Part shown: piece after piece, positions 34,102 to 47,769 of the stretch
Position numbering within the stretch: position 1 is the first letter of the stretch
Layout: each line of letters opens with the position of its first letter
Assembly (NCBI GenBank): GCA_002269645.1
Contig: NIVC01002255.1
Coordinates: forward strand, 125,510-189,509
Origin: Macrostomum lignano
Taxonomy: Eukaryota
DNA: 64,000 nucleotides
Direction: 5' to 3'
Program-made: the position numbers and the translations under genes
The notes under the pieces: model-generated
What the model saw: only the letters and a program-made list of their open reading frames with translations
Database searches by the model: none
Told to the model about the DNA's origin: nothing

Positions 34102-37100
34102 ATGGCGGAAGGACAGTCTGGCGCATTCGGAACTCAGTTCGCGTACCTGCTGTTTCTAGTACTGCGCCTCAAGTCCTGGAAGTTCCTGCTCTGGATACTG
34201 CTAGGACCCAGTCTGTTCTTCAACTTCTTTCTGTACAGGAACATCGAGGACAAGGAGGAGGGCGGCGTAAAGTCGAACGGCCTTACTGAACTGAAAATGT
34301 CGGTGGCCATGGCTCACGGAGCTCTAGTGCCTACCAGCAGTCGCGAGAAGAAGTCCCTGATTGAAATAATGCAGCTGAGAAAAGCGAAGAGCCGGTCTTG
34401 GTTTAAAGACTGCAAAGACATCAACGACTGTCGAATCCAACTGGCAAAGGCTGTCTCCGCAAAGAGTAGTGAAAAAACCTCCATTTTTATTTACGGAAAG
34501 AATAAAACGATCCGGCTTTATTGCCTCAAGGACAAAAATGCTGAGATTCTGTGCCCGTTCCTCTATCACGCAATGTCGCAATCGCTTGAGTCCTACGAAT
34601 ACGCCAGGGCAAAGAGTTCAAAAGCGCAAACCGCTCTGTATAAGGATATAATGTTTGCTAAATTTTTCGACAAGTTTGGATCCTCGAGCGACGGTGTCGG
34701 TTTAAATATTTCTAAACCAGATTCCATGTGCACTCGAACAAGCAAGTCTGGTACGTTTTTTATCAAATTTATAATGTACTTCATGGGTCACATGATCATC
34801 GTGCTGGCATCCTTCATTTTGTACACGACCGTCGGGTCTCTGTCTAGCATGAGCAATCTAAAAGAGAATGGCTTTCTGCAGCTGGTATTCAACAATGGCC
34901 TGTCCGTAACAGTGTATTGGTTAGTGTACTGGACCATTGGAGCCATCGAGGCGCTGATTCCAGCCACATTGTTAGTCATGTCCTACTCATTTCAATGCCC
35001 CGGCTATTATGAATCGTCCGGATTAACAAACTTCTTCATCACGGTGGCTGCCATGTTCTTTTTTCTGACTGCTCTCGGCTATTTATTTGCGACGCTTATT
35101 GCATCATTTTTTATCGTACTACTGCTCATGATTGTCATCCAGATCGTCTGCTGTGGAGTGATCATAATGGCCAAACTTTGGATTTTCCAAAAGAAGCCGC
35201 TGAGCACAATTAACACTTTTCTAGCATTTCCTCCTGGTTGCATCGTAGAGTATGGCACAAAATATTTACTACCAAAAGAGGCCCCCTTTCACAAGTATTT
35301 CAAGCCGTACGGAAGCTTTTTTGACAGCGTTCAAATCAATATGATCGTATTCGCAATTCTTATTATAATAACTACTATATACCTGGACTTCGTAGTAAAG
35401 AATGGGAACGGACTGTGTCTGCCTTTCATGTATCCGTTCAATCCGAGCTTCTGGAATCCTCATCGGCAGAAGCTCATCGAGATGGTTGACGAGCAGCCCA
35501 AGCGGGCCAACGTTGAGCCCACAGTCGGCGTTCCGGCGGTCATTGCCGATGACATTCACCTGACTTATCCGTCCGGCTGCTGCGAAGCAAAGAAGCCTCC
35601 AGTTCTGAAGGGCATCACATGTGAGTGTCCTTGCATGAGTTAGCTGCTGCTTTTCACATCCAACTGGGGGTAAAAGCAACAAAGGACCTTTGAAACGCAT
35701 TTGCACTCCAGGCACCGTCTACCAGGGACAGATCACTGCACTGATCGGACACAACGGAGCGGGAAAGACTACGCTTATTCGAGTGCTCATGGGCGAGGAG
35801 ATTCCCAGCCGCGGCGTCGCCGTCATCAACGGCCACCGAGTGACGGATCCGTACCAGCGACTCGCGCTCAGAGGCAGCGTCAGCATCTGCAAACAGGTCG
35901 ACGTGCTCAGCAACTACCTCACCGTGATGGAGAGCATGAAGCTGACTCTCGTAGCCAAGGGTTTCAGTCCGGATAGCCAAGTTGCAAAGGTGCTCGACAT
36001 GATGAAGAGGCTGGGACTCGCCGGCAAGGAGAACGTGCAGGCCATGGACTTGAGCGGAGGTCAAATGCGAAAGGTGTGCAGCATAATTTGCCTGTTGGGG
36101 AACCCGAAGCTCGTGATCCTGGACGAGCCAACGAGCGGTCTGGACCCGGTGTCGAGACGAAATCTGTGGCAGATCCTCCAAGATCACAAGGCCGGTAGAT
36201 CCATTATCCTGTGCACGCAGTTCATGGACGAGGCAGACATTCTGGCAGATCGCAAGGTATTTCTGTCGGCTGGAAAGATTATATGTGCCGGCTCGTCCAT
36301 GTTTCTCAAGCATGCATTCGGCTGCTGTGTGTCTATCAACGTGACTCTTAAACATGAAAAAGACGCTACCAAGGTTGTAAAAATGCTCAAGAAAGTAAAG
36401 CTAGTTGGTAGTTATCAAACTGAGCTGCAGCTTCAAGTTTCGGCGGGTAAGCCGCAGGCACTCGCCGATGCAATTTACACTTTGGAGCAGCACCCGGAAC
36501 TTGTCGATGCTTTCGGAGTGTCGCAAGCGCAGCTGGACGACATTTTTATGCGTCTAAAATTCATCGACTTGGATAACATCGAGGCGTCGTTTAAGTCGAA
36601 GCAGCTAAGGAAGCTGGGAAGATCGGGAGGCGGCGGCAGCGCTGGAGTCGAGCGAGTGAACTTCAGCTCGCTGTACAATTTCGAAAGTACCAAACCGCTG
36701 AATGCCACTTTTGCGAATCAGTTTTTGGCCCTGATTCGAATGAACTTCAGCCGACAACTCAAAGCAAAAATGACATTTTGCTTTCGAATTATATTTCCTC
36801 TAATAATGATTGGGATTATTGGCCAAATGTGCTACTTGGAAAACAAGGACAAAGAAAAGAAGCCAGGCAAAGACAAAGACAAAGAGCAAAACGCTGCAGA
36901 ACAACCTTCCGTCGCAATCATTAATATGAACTCGAGCGACATGCGGAACTCCTTGGCTATATCTCGGGGAGTCTGTATCGCGGACAAGGAGTCTGGTGTG
37001 ACAAATACGACTCTGACAAGGTTGTGTGGTATGGCATTGAATACGCGGTATCTTGAGGTGGCAATCAAGGATATGAAGACCAGCGTTGGCAAGTTCGTTC

Positions 37101-39344
37101 AGACGCCGGAAGTAAAAAAGAAGTTTCGCAAAATCTGCCCAAAGTCGTCGAAAAATTTTGTTATTAATTGTTTTTTCGTTTATTCTACCGACTGGAACAG
37201 TCACTCGAATAACTCGAGACGGCTGCTCTACCACGGTGTTTATGAGAACCCAGTCGATGAAGAGGATGAAAGCGCTAGAGAAAAGGGAGTTTTTGCTGCT
37301 ATGCAGTATTACGACTTTGCAGCTGAGTACTTTGAGGCTAATGCCAAATCAAAATCCAGAAACTTCACCTTGGCGAGCGTCTATTTAGCTGAGACAATCG
37401 ACTCTTTTAAGTTTGAAAAGTGCCAAGAGCTGTTTATGCTGCTGGCCGCTTTCGCGTTGGTGCCAGTAACGTATCTGAATGACCCGATCGAGGACAAGGA
37501 CAGCGGCGTTCGTCAGCATCTAGCGTCCATGGGAATGAGCAGTATCGCCTACTGGTTTACCACTTTTGTGATGCACTGGTTGCACTATATACTTTGCTTC
37601 TTTTCCATGGCCTTGACTTGTCTGATGGTAGAAAAGTATCAAAGTGCCTACTTCCTTGTGTACATGGTGCTGCCACTGACATTCTTGGGTACATCGTGTA
37701 GTCAACTAACAGTTTACGTTGTCAGCGCAATGATGAAGAAGACGAACGCAATTGTTTTGGTTCTTTACTTTTTCTTTGCCATGTTTTTAGGCATGGCGGG
37801 CAGCTACTTTCAAGACAATGAATCGGTTCTGTATGCCATGATGATAATAATACCGCCCTTCCCGCCGCTGCTTGTGATGCTGATGGGTACAAAGATGCTG
37901 CTCTACACAATACTGCTATTTGAAACATCAAACCCGGCCGACGTGCCTAATATTAGAGACGTATTATTTGCCAACTCGCACGTGGTCTACTCTTTTATTG
38001 TGATGCCCATACACATTGCGATTTTAATTGGCCTCATTTTCATAATTGAAAACCCGGGAGCTCTTGCCAGTTTGTTTGCAAAGAATATCGAAGCATCAAA
38101 ACAAACGCCAAAACCGCTGAAAGACGAAGGAGTTGGAATTGAAGCCAACAGGATCAGAAAGACGACGAGGAGCTCGGTGAACATGCTCGAAGTCCGCGAT
38201 CTTCAAAAGGTCTATCCGAACGGAGTGCACGCGGTGCGAGGCACCACCTTCGGCTCCTTCTCCGGCGAGATTCTCGGCTTGCTGGGCCCCAACGGAGCCG
38301 GAAAGACCACCAGCATGTCCATCATTGTCGGCGAGGAGGCCAGCTCGAGCGGCACCAGCGAAGTGCACTTCGGCGGCACTTGGATGTCCGGGATAGACGG
38401 CGCCAGATGCGGCGCTATTGGCTACTGTCCGCAGCACAACCCGCTGTTCAACAGCATCTCTGTGTTCGAGCACCTCCGCTTCTACGCGCAGATCCGCGGC
38501 ATCCCGGACCAGCTGGGCAGCGCGCAGATCGCCGGACTCATCGAAGGTCTCGGACTGAAGCCGCACCAGCACAAGGCGGCCGAGCAGCTGTCCGGAGGCA
38601 ACAAGCGGCGCCTCTGTCTGGCCATCGCGCTGCTCGGCAACCCGTCGCTAGTGGTGATCGACGAGGCCTCGACCGGAGTCGATCCGGAGAACAAGCGCTT
38701 CATCTGGGGCGCCATTCGAGGCATGGCGAACAAGCAACGCTCGGTGATGATCACCACGCACAGCATGGAGGAGGTCGAGGCGCTGTGCGCTCGCGTCGGC
38801 ATCATGAACAAGGGCCTGATGATCGGGTTCGGCACCGTGCAGCAGCTGCGCAGCCGGTGAGCACTCGTTATGCTGAAAAATAGTCAGTTTTGCTGTGAAA
38901 ACTAACTTGTGTTTTTATTAAGGCATTTAGGAATCGTTTTGGACTAAATTTGCAAAAACTTCACCAACTGAAACGCTCTCCCACAAACTTAAGAAACACC
39001 GTTGAAAATTTTACCTTATAATTATTTTTACCTTCCACAACAGGCACGGAGAGGCGTACACTCTGGACGTTCTGATGAAGTCAAAAAAGCCGCAAAAGTT
39101 GGCACTGAAGCGAAGCAAACTGGCCAAGCGGATTATCAAACAGTTTCCCGAGTCTGTAGTGATGGAGGACCTTGAGCGGAGCATGCAATTCAGCTTGCTA
39201 AAGAAGAGTGTACCAAAGTTCTCGGAGGCAATGCGTTGGCTAATTGCTAAAAAGAAAAAGCTGGGCATACAATATTTCTCGCTGTACCAAATGTCGCTTG
39301 ACCAAGTGTTTGTTAAACTGGTCAAGGAGTACGATGAGTCCTGA
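34102..39344 (+). CDS. ABCA transporter, copy 3 (type Q); exons 34102-35620, 35712-38856, 39044-39344; 1654 aa
   Basis: Identical to copy 2 through most of exon 2. It has a short 187-bp intron 2 without the satellite and a divergent last exon (RHGEAYTLDVLMKSKK...QMSLDQVFVKLVKEYDES). Confidence 0.9.
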
Positions 39345-41158
39345 TATTCATTTTATTGACTCGTCTTTTACCCCATGGTTGTTCAATTAGAAGGCCTACT
39401 GCACTCATTATCGTATTATATGGTATGCGGTGCATTACACGCGTTTATTTCTGAAAAAATACTGCCGAAAGTACAAATTACAAAAAATAAGTACGCATAT
39501 CTTCGCTATAAACAATGCAAGACTTTAAAACTTTTGAGTTTATTTTCAAATGATGTCATTCGACCTAGGGATATGTCAGCATGCGTATTGTCCAAGGTGC
39601 AGTGTCATCTGCAGTTAGTGAATGCTAGCTGAAGAGGTACGTGGCATAATCATTGCAACGTGTCGGTTGGTGAGCTACCCCGTTTTTTAGGGAGCGTCCC
39701 TGTATTGGTTGGCCCACTTAACCTATTTCTTAATTCCACGTCCAAGAGTTGACAAAATTTGAGCTCCTGTTACATGTATTTTCATCGTGGTTCAATTACC
39801 TCTGATTACGAGCGTAGTTTTGGCTGGAAGAGCGAAATTTTTATGGGGGTGGTTCTGACGGATGGTCGAATATATAATGTAACTTACATGGATGCTAAAG
39901 CAAGGACCACTAGAAACACTACACTAGTAGTCTTTGGCTAAAAGTATACACACTATCTCTATTTTCACCTTGGGCATATTACACAGTACATGATGGGTTC
40001 GGCCGAATTCTGAATGCATTGACCACGAAGCTTATCGGGCCTCAGAGCATAGAAATCAATCACTTTAAGCAGTGTAATAACCTGGCCTCCTCTCCTGTCA
40101 GATGGTCAGCTCAAAGGTGCAACAACAACAACAAAATACGCTATTAGGGTAGAAGTCAGCGTCGCAGGGCGCGCTTAATTCTGGGATAGGTCGCGAACGA
40201 AGGACGATTGAATCCGGGGCGCCGGCGTCAGCCAGCAGACAATCGATGAAACGCCGAATGCGTGCCTGTTCCCGCTAGTAGGGTGCCTGCAGCGTCAGCA
40301 GCATCTCCTGTACCGGCTGTGGGTAGTACGACTCGGCGCGGATGAAGTAGCCTGCTAGCTAGCGCGCTGGATTCGCCGACGGCGCAACAGTCAAGGACCA
40401 CTGTAGTAGTAAGACAGTGTCCTTGGTAATTAACAGTTTGCTTGGGGATACAGTGTCGCATTGGTGACTCACTCATCACCGGTCTTAAAGGCGGGGCACA
40501 ACAGGCCGCGTCTACTTGTTGCTCCAGCGAGTCCGTCAGCGTCCAAGTTTCAGTCTGTTACAGCAGGACAGTCTCAACCACAGCCTGGAACAAGTGACTT
40601 CTGGCGTTCAGACTGCCCTCACAGAAAGAAAGGCAGCCCAGGCAAGCGGAGCGAACCAGACCGCCGAGAGGGATGAACTGCTGAGAACACAGAAGCTCCG
40701 TCGCCTTTCAATCGACGCCTCGGCACAAAATTGCAGCATATCGATGTCGTCCGGAACGCAGAGCACGATCGACGGTCTTCCTGTGTGCATATATTGACCA
40801 CACTAGGGCCGACTCTCGCTGCAATAGCAACCAGGCTTGCCCAGTTGTCGCTGCGTATGGGTGCCTCGACAGACAAGAGGGTAGCCAAGCATACTAAGCC
40901 GCCTCTCCGGTTGGCGTCAACCTACGCGTTGCCGCAGAAGATAAGCCGTCGTCATCGGTAGATAGAGCAGTCCGCAGTATACCCATGCAGTCCAGCATTT
41001 AAAAAGTGCACCAGGAACGTACAAGCGTATGTCCCTGGAGCTCTTCGTCCACGGTTTTGCAGAAACTGCAGCTTTCGTATCACGGTTACATTTTGCCACA
41101 ACAGAGACAAAAAGCTGCTCGGGCACGTTGGGAGCATGGCCTTGCAGACGACCGAGCA

Positions 41159-43169
41159 GGGACTACTTAAACTAGGGAGGGGAAACTGGCCAAACCATGC
41201 AGAAAATAGTTGGAGGCTGGTTTTTTCTAGCGCTCCCTAGAATTTATTATTAAACTTAGAAATCTGGTTTTTCGTCATCCTGTACAGAATTTATTCCTCT
41301 AAACGACACAAAACTCGATTTTTGTCAATCTTCATTCTGAGAGGAGCAGTGAGCTTTTTTTACAGGACCCCTTTTTTTCTAGGGAGTTTAACATAGCAAA
41401 CGCCTTATTGAATTGTCTACCGGGATTCTGCACAAGCATCATCTTGCTATTCACGTAAGCTTGTAGCTGCTTCTGCTGCGTCGTCTAAAAGTTACGAAAT
41501 TAGCCTTAAATAACTTATTAATAATAAAATTTTCCTTGTCATTATACTCTGAAAGTTGCTCTGCAATTACTTTCAATCCGAGCCACGTGAATTTGGGGGA
41601 GGGCGGTAGAATTATGGAAAAGGAGCAAGGGGAAAGCAGAAGACGATTTACTTTTAACAGAGTCGCAGTCGGTGACTGTACGTACGTATTGCTAGATATA
41701 TTTTGTGGACTTAAAAGCATTCAAAATTTCACAAATATGTATGATAAACCTCTACATGGTGTCGCGTGTCAGTCAGTCTCGACTCATGGCACATTCAACA
41801 GTTGGACAGCCGACTTAGCAAGAGAATTGTTTGGCTTGCAAGTAAACAGGATATGCAGAATATTATGCGATCACATGAGTCAGGTGATGCCTCTTTGGTC
41901 TTGTACGGTAGACCTTGCTGAGGTCAGGTACAATACCCTGCTCACTGATCAGGTGTCCCAGGTACAGCACCTGGCGATGGCAGAACACGCTCTTTGCCTT
42001 GTGCAGTTTGAGACCCGCATCTCGCGGCCGTAAAAAACGCACTCCAGTCTCACCAAGTGCTCGTCGAAGGTCCTGCTTAAGACGATGAAGTCGTCGATGT
42101 AAGTCAGCAGGAGTCCCAGGACAGAACGGACATTACGAGCTTCATCAACCGCTGGAACGTCGCTGGGGCATTGCAAATTCCAAAGCCCATCTTGCGGAAC
42201 TGCGTCAGGCCGCGGTTCGAATAGAAGGCTGTCTTAAACCGGTCCTCTTCCGCCACCTCCACCTGGTGGTAGCCCTGCCGACAGTCGATGGTGGAGAACC
42301 AGGAGCACCCGACCAGAGCATTCATGCTTGCTGCATATGCGGTAGCGGGTACGCGTCCTTGACCGTGCAGGCATTCAGCTGCCTCCAGTCCGTGCATTTT
42401 GCCGTTCTTCTTGCGGACCACCAGCAGGTTGCTCGCCCATGGCGACGACGACGGCTCAATGATGCCGCTGTTCAGCATCTGTACGATCTTTTTATCCACC
42501 TGGTCTCGCACAGGGGCAGGCGGCGCTGCTTGGACTTGCCGATTCGGCCGCGTTCCCGCGGTTCCAGTTCGACCTGGTGCTGCAGCAGCTCCGAATTGTG
42601 CCCAGGTCGAACTCGTGCGTTGGCAAACAAGTTTTCGTTGCGCTCTAGCAGCTGCCGCAGCCTCGCTGCATCCGGTCCGGGTAGCTCTGCCAAATGTTCC
42701 ACCCGACGGGGGTCTCGAGCTTGGCTTGAAAAAAGTTGGCTTGCTAGAGTTTAATTTTTACCCTTAGCTAAGCTTTTCATTCATATGCATGGCTCTATCA
42801 GTCATCATCAGACAGACTAAAGCCAAGCCTTCGTTGCATGCTCAATTGATACAAAAGTGTTATATAAGTGATGCGTTTAATTATACCATAGACAACAAGC
42901 CGTCTGACTGCAGATTTTTATAAGGCATTCTCTATATAAAACACTGTAAAAGGGGGCCTACTGTACATGTACAAAAAAGCTCACTGCTTCTCTCAGAATG
43001 AAGATTGACAAAAATCGACTTTTGTATCTTGTGCAAGAGAAAAAAATTCTGTACTGGATGACGAAAAGCCAGCTTTCTACGTTTAGCTAATACTAAATTC
43101 TAGGGAGCACTAGAAAAACCAGCCTCCAACTATTTTCCCGTTTCCCGTCCCTATGGTTTAAGTAGTCCC
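41159..43169. mobile_element. ~2-kb DNA element with ~220-bp imperfect TIRs
   Basis: Termini GGGACTACTTAAAC ... GTTTAAGTAGTCCC. Inverted similarity continues inward (AATAGTTGGAGGCTGG...CCCTAGAATTTA; GATTTTTGTCAATCTTCATTCTGAGA...GCAGTGAGCTTTTTT vs their reverse complements at ~42950-43130). No clear TSD. Confidence 0.8.
41949..42720 (-). mobile_element. Ty3/Gypsy reverse transcriptase fragment (frameshifted)
   Basis: GIIEPSSSPWASNLLVVRKKNG, FSTIDCRQGYHQV, KTAF, FGICNAPATFQRLM and LTYIDDFIVLSRTFDEHL in successive frames. Confidence 0.92.
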
Positions 43170-45296
43170 AGCTGCGACCGAGTAGAAATGCCTTTTTGAA
43201 ATCTATTTCGAAGATGCAATCACTGGGGCTAGCGCGTATATGACTGCATGGCGTACCCGCGCCTCCTCGATGACTCGGCGAGAGCTGATGCATCACGTAC
43301 TGTTGCCCGCCGCGATGGCCGATGGGGCTGGATGCCGTTCTGCTCAGGACTCAATTACGGCTCCAGCATCCAGTTGAACAGCTTCGCAGCGCAGGACTGC
43401 AGGGAGATTACCTCGATTGTGTTTCTCTAGCCGTGTTGTGCCCGGCTTCTTTGGAATATAGCGAATATATCGCGTCCATTCGTTGGGGGGATATCCTCGT
43501 CATATAGACGAGCATGTACTGGTAGTTCATGTAGTAGTAGCTTTTACATGTAAACTATATAGTTCTATTGCTATATAGAATAGATAACAACAAGAGCCAA
43601 GCAAGGATCAAAATTGAAAGGTAGAGATCTGCATGCCATATCCCGAGATTACAGTAATTGCATTTGACTCACGTACCTGCTGCAAACCTCCGTGGAAATG
43701 CGCACGACCCTTTCAAAATTCAGATTTTCCGATAGTTAGCCCCTTGAACATACACTGTAATTACACTTTTATTACATGTAAATTGGCTGCTTTGCTGATC
43801 TAAAACACAGGGTGGAGCTCGTTTTTTCAATTAAATTTATTTTTTTCATTTCACTAATTGTGTATTTTCACTGTTATTTTCATATGTTGTAGAAAAATAG
43901 AAAGAATTAAAACAATTAAATAAAAGTACCTTTAATAGAAAAATCAGATAATTAGAAAAGTTCGATTCTTTGTTGCACAATTTACATGTTGTTCATTGTG
44001 AAATCGTGCGAGTCTCGCAGCTAGCCTCTGGGGGTCGAAGCTATGCTGTCGGTTGTGGTGTCCAAATAATATTCAGGTCATCGTCGTCAAATAATATTAT
44101 ATCAATCATTTTATCGTCTTCTTCAGTTTCATTACACCAATCTTTTCAAGGCAACCAGGCTTTAATACGTATAGTTAAACTATTATTAAACAAATTTGTC
44201 TCACAAACTTTGAAAAATTGCGTTTAACTATTTGCTGTAGGGTTTTTCAAAAAATTAAAATACTTTATTTCATTTTTGCTCAGCCCACCTACTTTTACAT
44301 TATGAGAAATTGAAACTGTATTGGTTTTTCAAACATTTTACAGTGCTGATCTTAAAATTTTGAGATTTTCACAATTCACCTGTTTTGTACTTAGTTATAA
44401 ATCACAGTAAACTGCTACGCATCCCGTCTAACAACAACAAATCATAGTAAACTACGCTTGTCTTACAAGATATGTTCATCTGCTTAGGCCTAGGGTTGCT
44501 CAACATTTCTGCCAGCCAGTCTATCTTATGGAATATGCTTGCTAAAAGTTTGCTAAATCAACATCCAATAGCATCAAACGGTTTCAAACCATCAATTGAA
44601 TGGCAATGGCAATCCAATCGATAAAAGTAGGCTCTAGCAGTATCAGACCTAGGCGAGCTAGGGCCTATCGTATGTCTTTCTGTTTGTTTATTCGCAATCA
44701 TGCTATTTTGTAACAGTAACAGTAGGCCTTAAACTAGACTTTTACATTTCATTCAGAAATCATAAGCTGCAGCTAAATTGCCACTATAATATAGGCACCT
44801 ATATTGTATTGAGCCTAGTTTCTAGGATCTAGTCTTAGCTTCTATTGACAAAAGTTTTCTGTAAGGTATAACAACTAGGTAAACCAAAAATATTTTTTGT
44901 TTTATAGTTTCAGCCTAATGATAGGGCCTGGCCTATTATATTATCCTAGATACCAAACTAAATTAAGAACAGTTAGGCCTAGGCTGGGTGCCAGTTGTTT
45001 TGGTATTAGGTCATTTTGGTGACAGATGTCTTGGTAAAAATGGTCATTTTGGAACAAGTTGCTTTTAAATAATTTATATAGTAAATTTATTACATAACAT
45101 AGGCCCTAGGCCTATTTCATTTTGGTTTGGCTTTGATAAAAAGTGGAAGATTCAATGAGTATGAGTTGGTCATTTTAATGACAGGAGACACTTTATAATA
45201 TTATTATTAGTTTGTAATTATTTTTGTTTTATAATTAGGCGCCTATATAGTAATATAGGTCTATCTTAAAGTTCAAAATTCTATCAAAAATATTTT

Positions 45297-45707
45297 GGCA
45301 GTTGTTATTTGTCCGGTGACCAGACAAACAGCAATGTAGTTATTTGTCCGGTTACTGGATCCTGACCATGCTTTCCTATTCATCCGGTTAATACTGGACA
45401 AATAGACATTTTGTTATTTGTCCAGTTAAATTGATAATGCTAAAATATCTAGTTTATAAAAACCACAAGGGTAAATATTCCTAGACTTCAAAGACTTCTT
45501 ACTCGTGTCTTGATTATTATATTGTTATACTAGTGTGTGTCTTATACACCAAATTATGCCGAATTGAATACACTGCTTTATATGAGAAAAGGTCTAAAAA
45601 AATCTAGAATATTCATTACAAAACAAATAAGATATTTGTGTTAGCAATTTAACCGGACAAATAGCAAAAAGGCTATTTGTCCAGTCACCAGACAAATAAC
45701 AACTGCC
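45297..45707. mobile_element. Mutator-like MITE with 9-bp TSD
   Basis: TIRs GGCAGTTGTTATTTGTC...GACAAATAACAACTGCC; AAATATTTT directly repeated on both flanks. Confidence 0.8.
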
Positions 45708-46483
45708 AAATATTTTTAAGAAAAATCCAAATTAATAATAATATTTTATTTTTATTTGTACAAAGCAGCATGCTAGCAAATTGTTTTAATTTTTTTCTGG
45801 AATATTTAGACTAGCAAAGGATCTTCATCATGAAATTTCAGACTTCTTGAACTTTAGGTACGTAAAATACTTCTGATTTTCCGATTTTTCTAAAACTTTT
45901 GCCAGAGTCTTAGAGGCTATCAAAAATGGTAATAAAGCAAAAAACTTTAAAAAATACATTCAGAGTTAACAGGAGCTCGATTTGTTAATCCTTTACATAA
46001 TTAGCAATAATTTGATGCAAGCAATTTTAGAAAATTGTATGTTTAAAAATTAAACTCTTTTTAGAATCATGACTCTTGAACATAAATATTTTCCACAATT
46101 TAAGAAATTCATTTTAATATAACATTTAGAGGGTTAGAATTTTAAGTCTGATAAAAAGAGTGTCTATTCTAATTTTTCTTCACTCAGTTTGTTATAGTGC
46201 AGCAAGAGTGCCATGTCAAATTAGTGTTTAAAAAAATGCTGATTCATGGTTTGCCACCACCCTCACCTCATACTTTTGATTTGCTGTTGTTCTATCATGG
46301 TTGTAACTAGCCATACATTCTTTACATTTTAGATTTTACACTAATCTATGTTGTCTTCTCCATTTTAAAGATAAGTATAGCTGCTGATATCAATTATATG
46401 TAGTTTGATAGGATTATAATTTTTCTCCATGGAGGTGTTTAATAACTTGCTGAATTTTTAATTTAATTAAGCTGCATTACAAT

Positions 46484-46800
46484 CTCCCCTTGGATGCCCT
46501 CAGTCTCCAAATTTATCTACCTAATCTACAATAGACCCCCATGCCTCTATTGAAGTTTAGGTACATAAAATATATTCTCATGAAGATTCTCCCTATCCTA
46601 AAATCCTCTATTCCCCATGCCCTGGTTTTTAATGATTTTCAGCCTCCCCCTCCTTCACCCATGACCCCAAGACTTGCCCTCTCCCCTTAGCCTCCCAATT
46701 TATCTACCTAATCTTCAATAGATCTCCATGCCTCTATTGAAGTTTAGGTACATAAAATCATTCCCCATGAAGATTCTCCCCACCCTAAACCCTCCCTTTT
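46484..46800 (+). repeat. Two diverged ~195-bp direct repeats
   Basis: AATTTATCTACCTAATCT...CCATGCCTCTATTGAAGTTTAGGTACATAAAAT...CATGAAGATTCTCCC occurs at ~46510 and ~46700. Confidence 0.75.
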
Positions 46801-47243
46801 CCATTCCCCAGTGGTTGGCTTTAAGCAAAAAAAATAAAAAGCAAAAAGTTCAAATTTGAAATCAGCACCATCAAAAACCTATGTAGAGACAAAATTATGA
46901 TCATTAAAACTGCAACTATTTTATCTACCTAAAGTTCAAGAAGTCCGAAATTCCTACTATAAAAAAGTATTAGGGTTTTAAAAGGTATAGGCCTAATAAA
47001 GACAAAGCACATACATGCCCAACACCCGTCCAATCCGTCCGAACTGGACGGGTGAAATGGCCGCTAGCCAAGGTAAGTTGCAAAATCGAAAATGCAAAAC
47101 CAAAAAATTGGGGAAAGAAAGAAAGGATAGGAAGAAAAGAAGAAAAGAAAGGAGGGAGAAGAGAAAGAGAGAGAAAAGAGGAGAGAGGAAGAAAAAGCAA
47201 AAAAAAAGAAAAAGGCAAGAGAAAAGTAATATACAATTGAAAA

Positions 47244-47667
47244 TTAAGTCGCAATCGAGAAGAACTAAGTCGCAATCAAGAGGAACTAAGTTGCAATCAG
47301 GAGGAAATAAGTCGCAATCAAGAGGAACTAAGTCGCAATCGAGAGGAACTAAGTTGCAATCAGTCAGGAGAAACTAAGTCGCAATTGAGAGGAACTAAGT
47401 CGCAATCAAGAGGAACTAAGTCGCAATCGAGAGGAACTAAGTCGCAATCGAGAGGAACTAAGTCGCAATCAGGAGGAACTAAGTTGCAATCAGTCAGGAG
47501 GAACTAAGTCGCAATCAGGAGGAACTAAGTCGCAATCAGTCAGGAGGAACTAAGTCGCAATCAGGAAGAACTAAGTCGCAATCAGGAGGAACTAAGTCGC
47601 AATCACGAGGAACTAAGTCGCAATCAGTCAGGAGGAACTAAGTCGTAATCGGGAGGAACTAAGTTGT
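47244..47667. repeat. ~21-25-bp tandem repeat (GAGGAACTAAGTCGCAATCA)
   Basis: About 19 copies with variable CAGT insertions. Confidence 0.92.
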
Positions 47668-47769
47668 CTTGAATTCCATATTCTTAAATGTCTCCAAATC
47701 CTCTGCAAAGCCTTTTAAATACCATATCTTCTTTTGCCCATTTGCAAAAACTGACTTCCATTGTCTAGA

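Larger units (their letters stand above)
22109..38177 (+). repeat. Recent ~8.03-kb tandem segmental duplication (22109-30142 and 30143-38177)
   Basis: ORF tracks repeat at offsets of 8034-8035 bp. Only rare differences were seen (e.g. 1-bp indel ~24558 vs 32592; substitution near 23863 vs 31897). Confidence 0.9.
40200..43490 (-). mobile_element. Highly decayed LTR-retrotransposon gag/protease-like sequence, split by the TIR element at 41159-43169
   Basis: GC-rich, frameshifted minus-strand pieces on both sides of the insertion with weak gag-like (EWTRYIRY...LPAVLRCEA) and protease-like (VVLDCCA) similarity. Only suggestive. Confidence 0.35.

Noticed and set aside
19335-38835. Many antisense and alternate-frame ORFs overlapping the ABCA exons
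   Set aside because: Shadow ORFs of GC-rich coding sequence, repeated only because the exons are duplicated.
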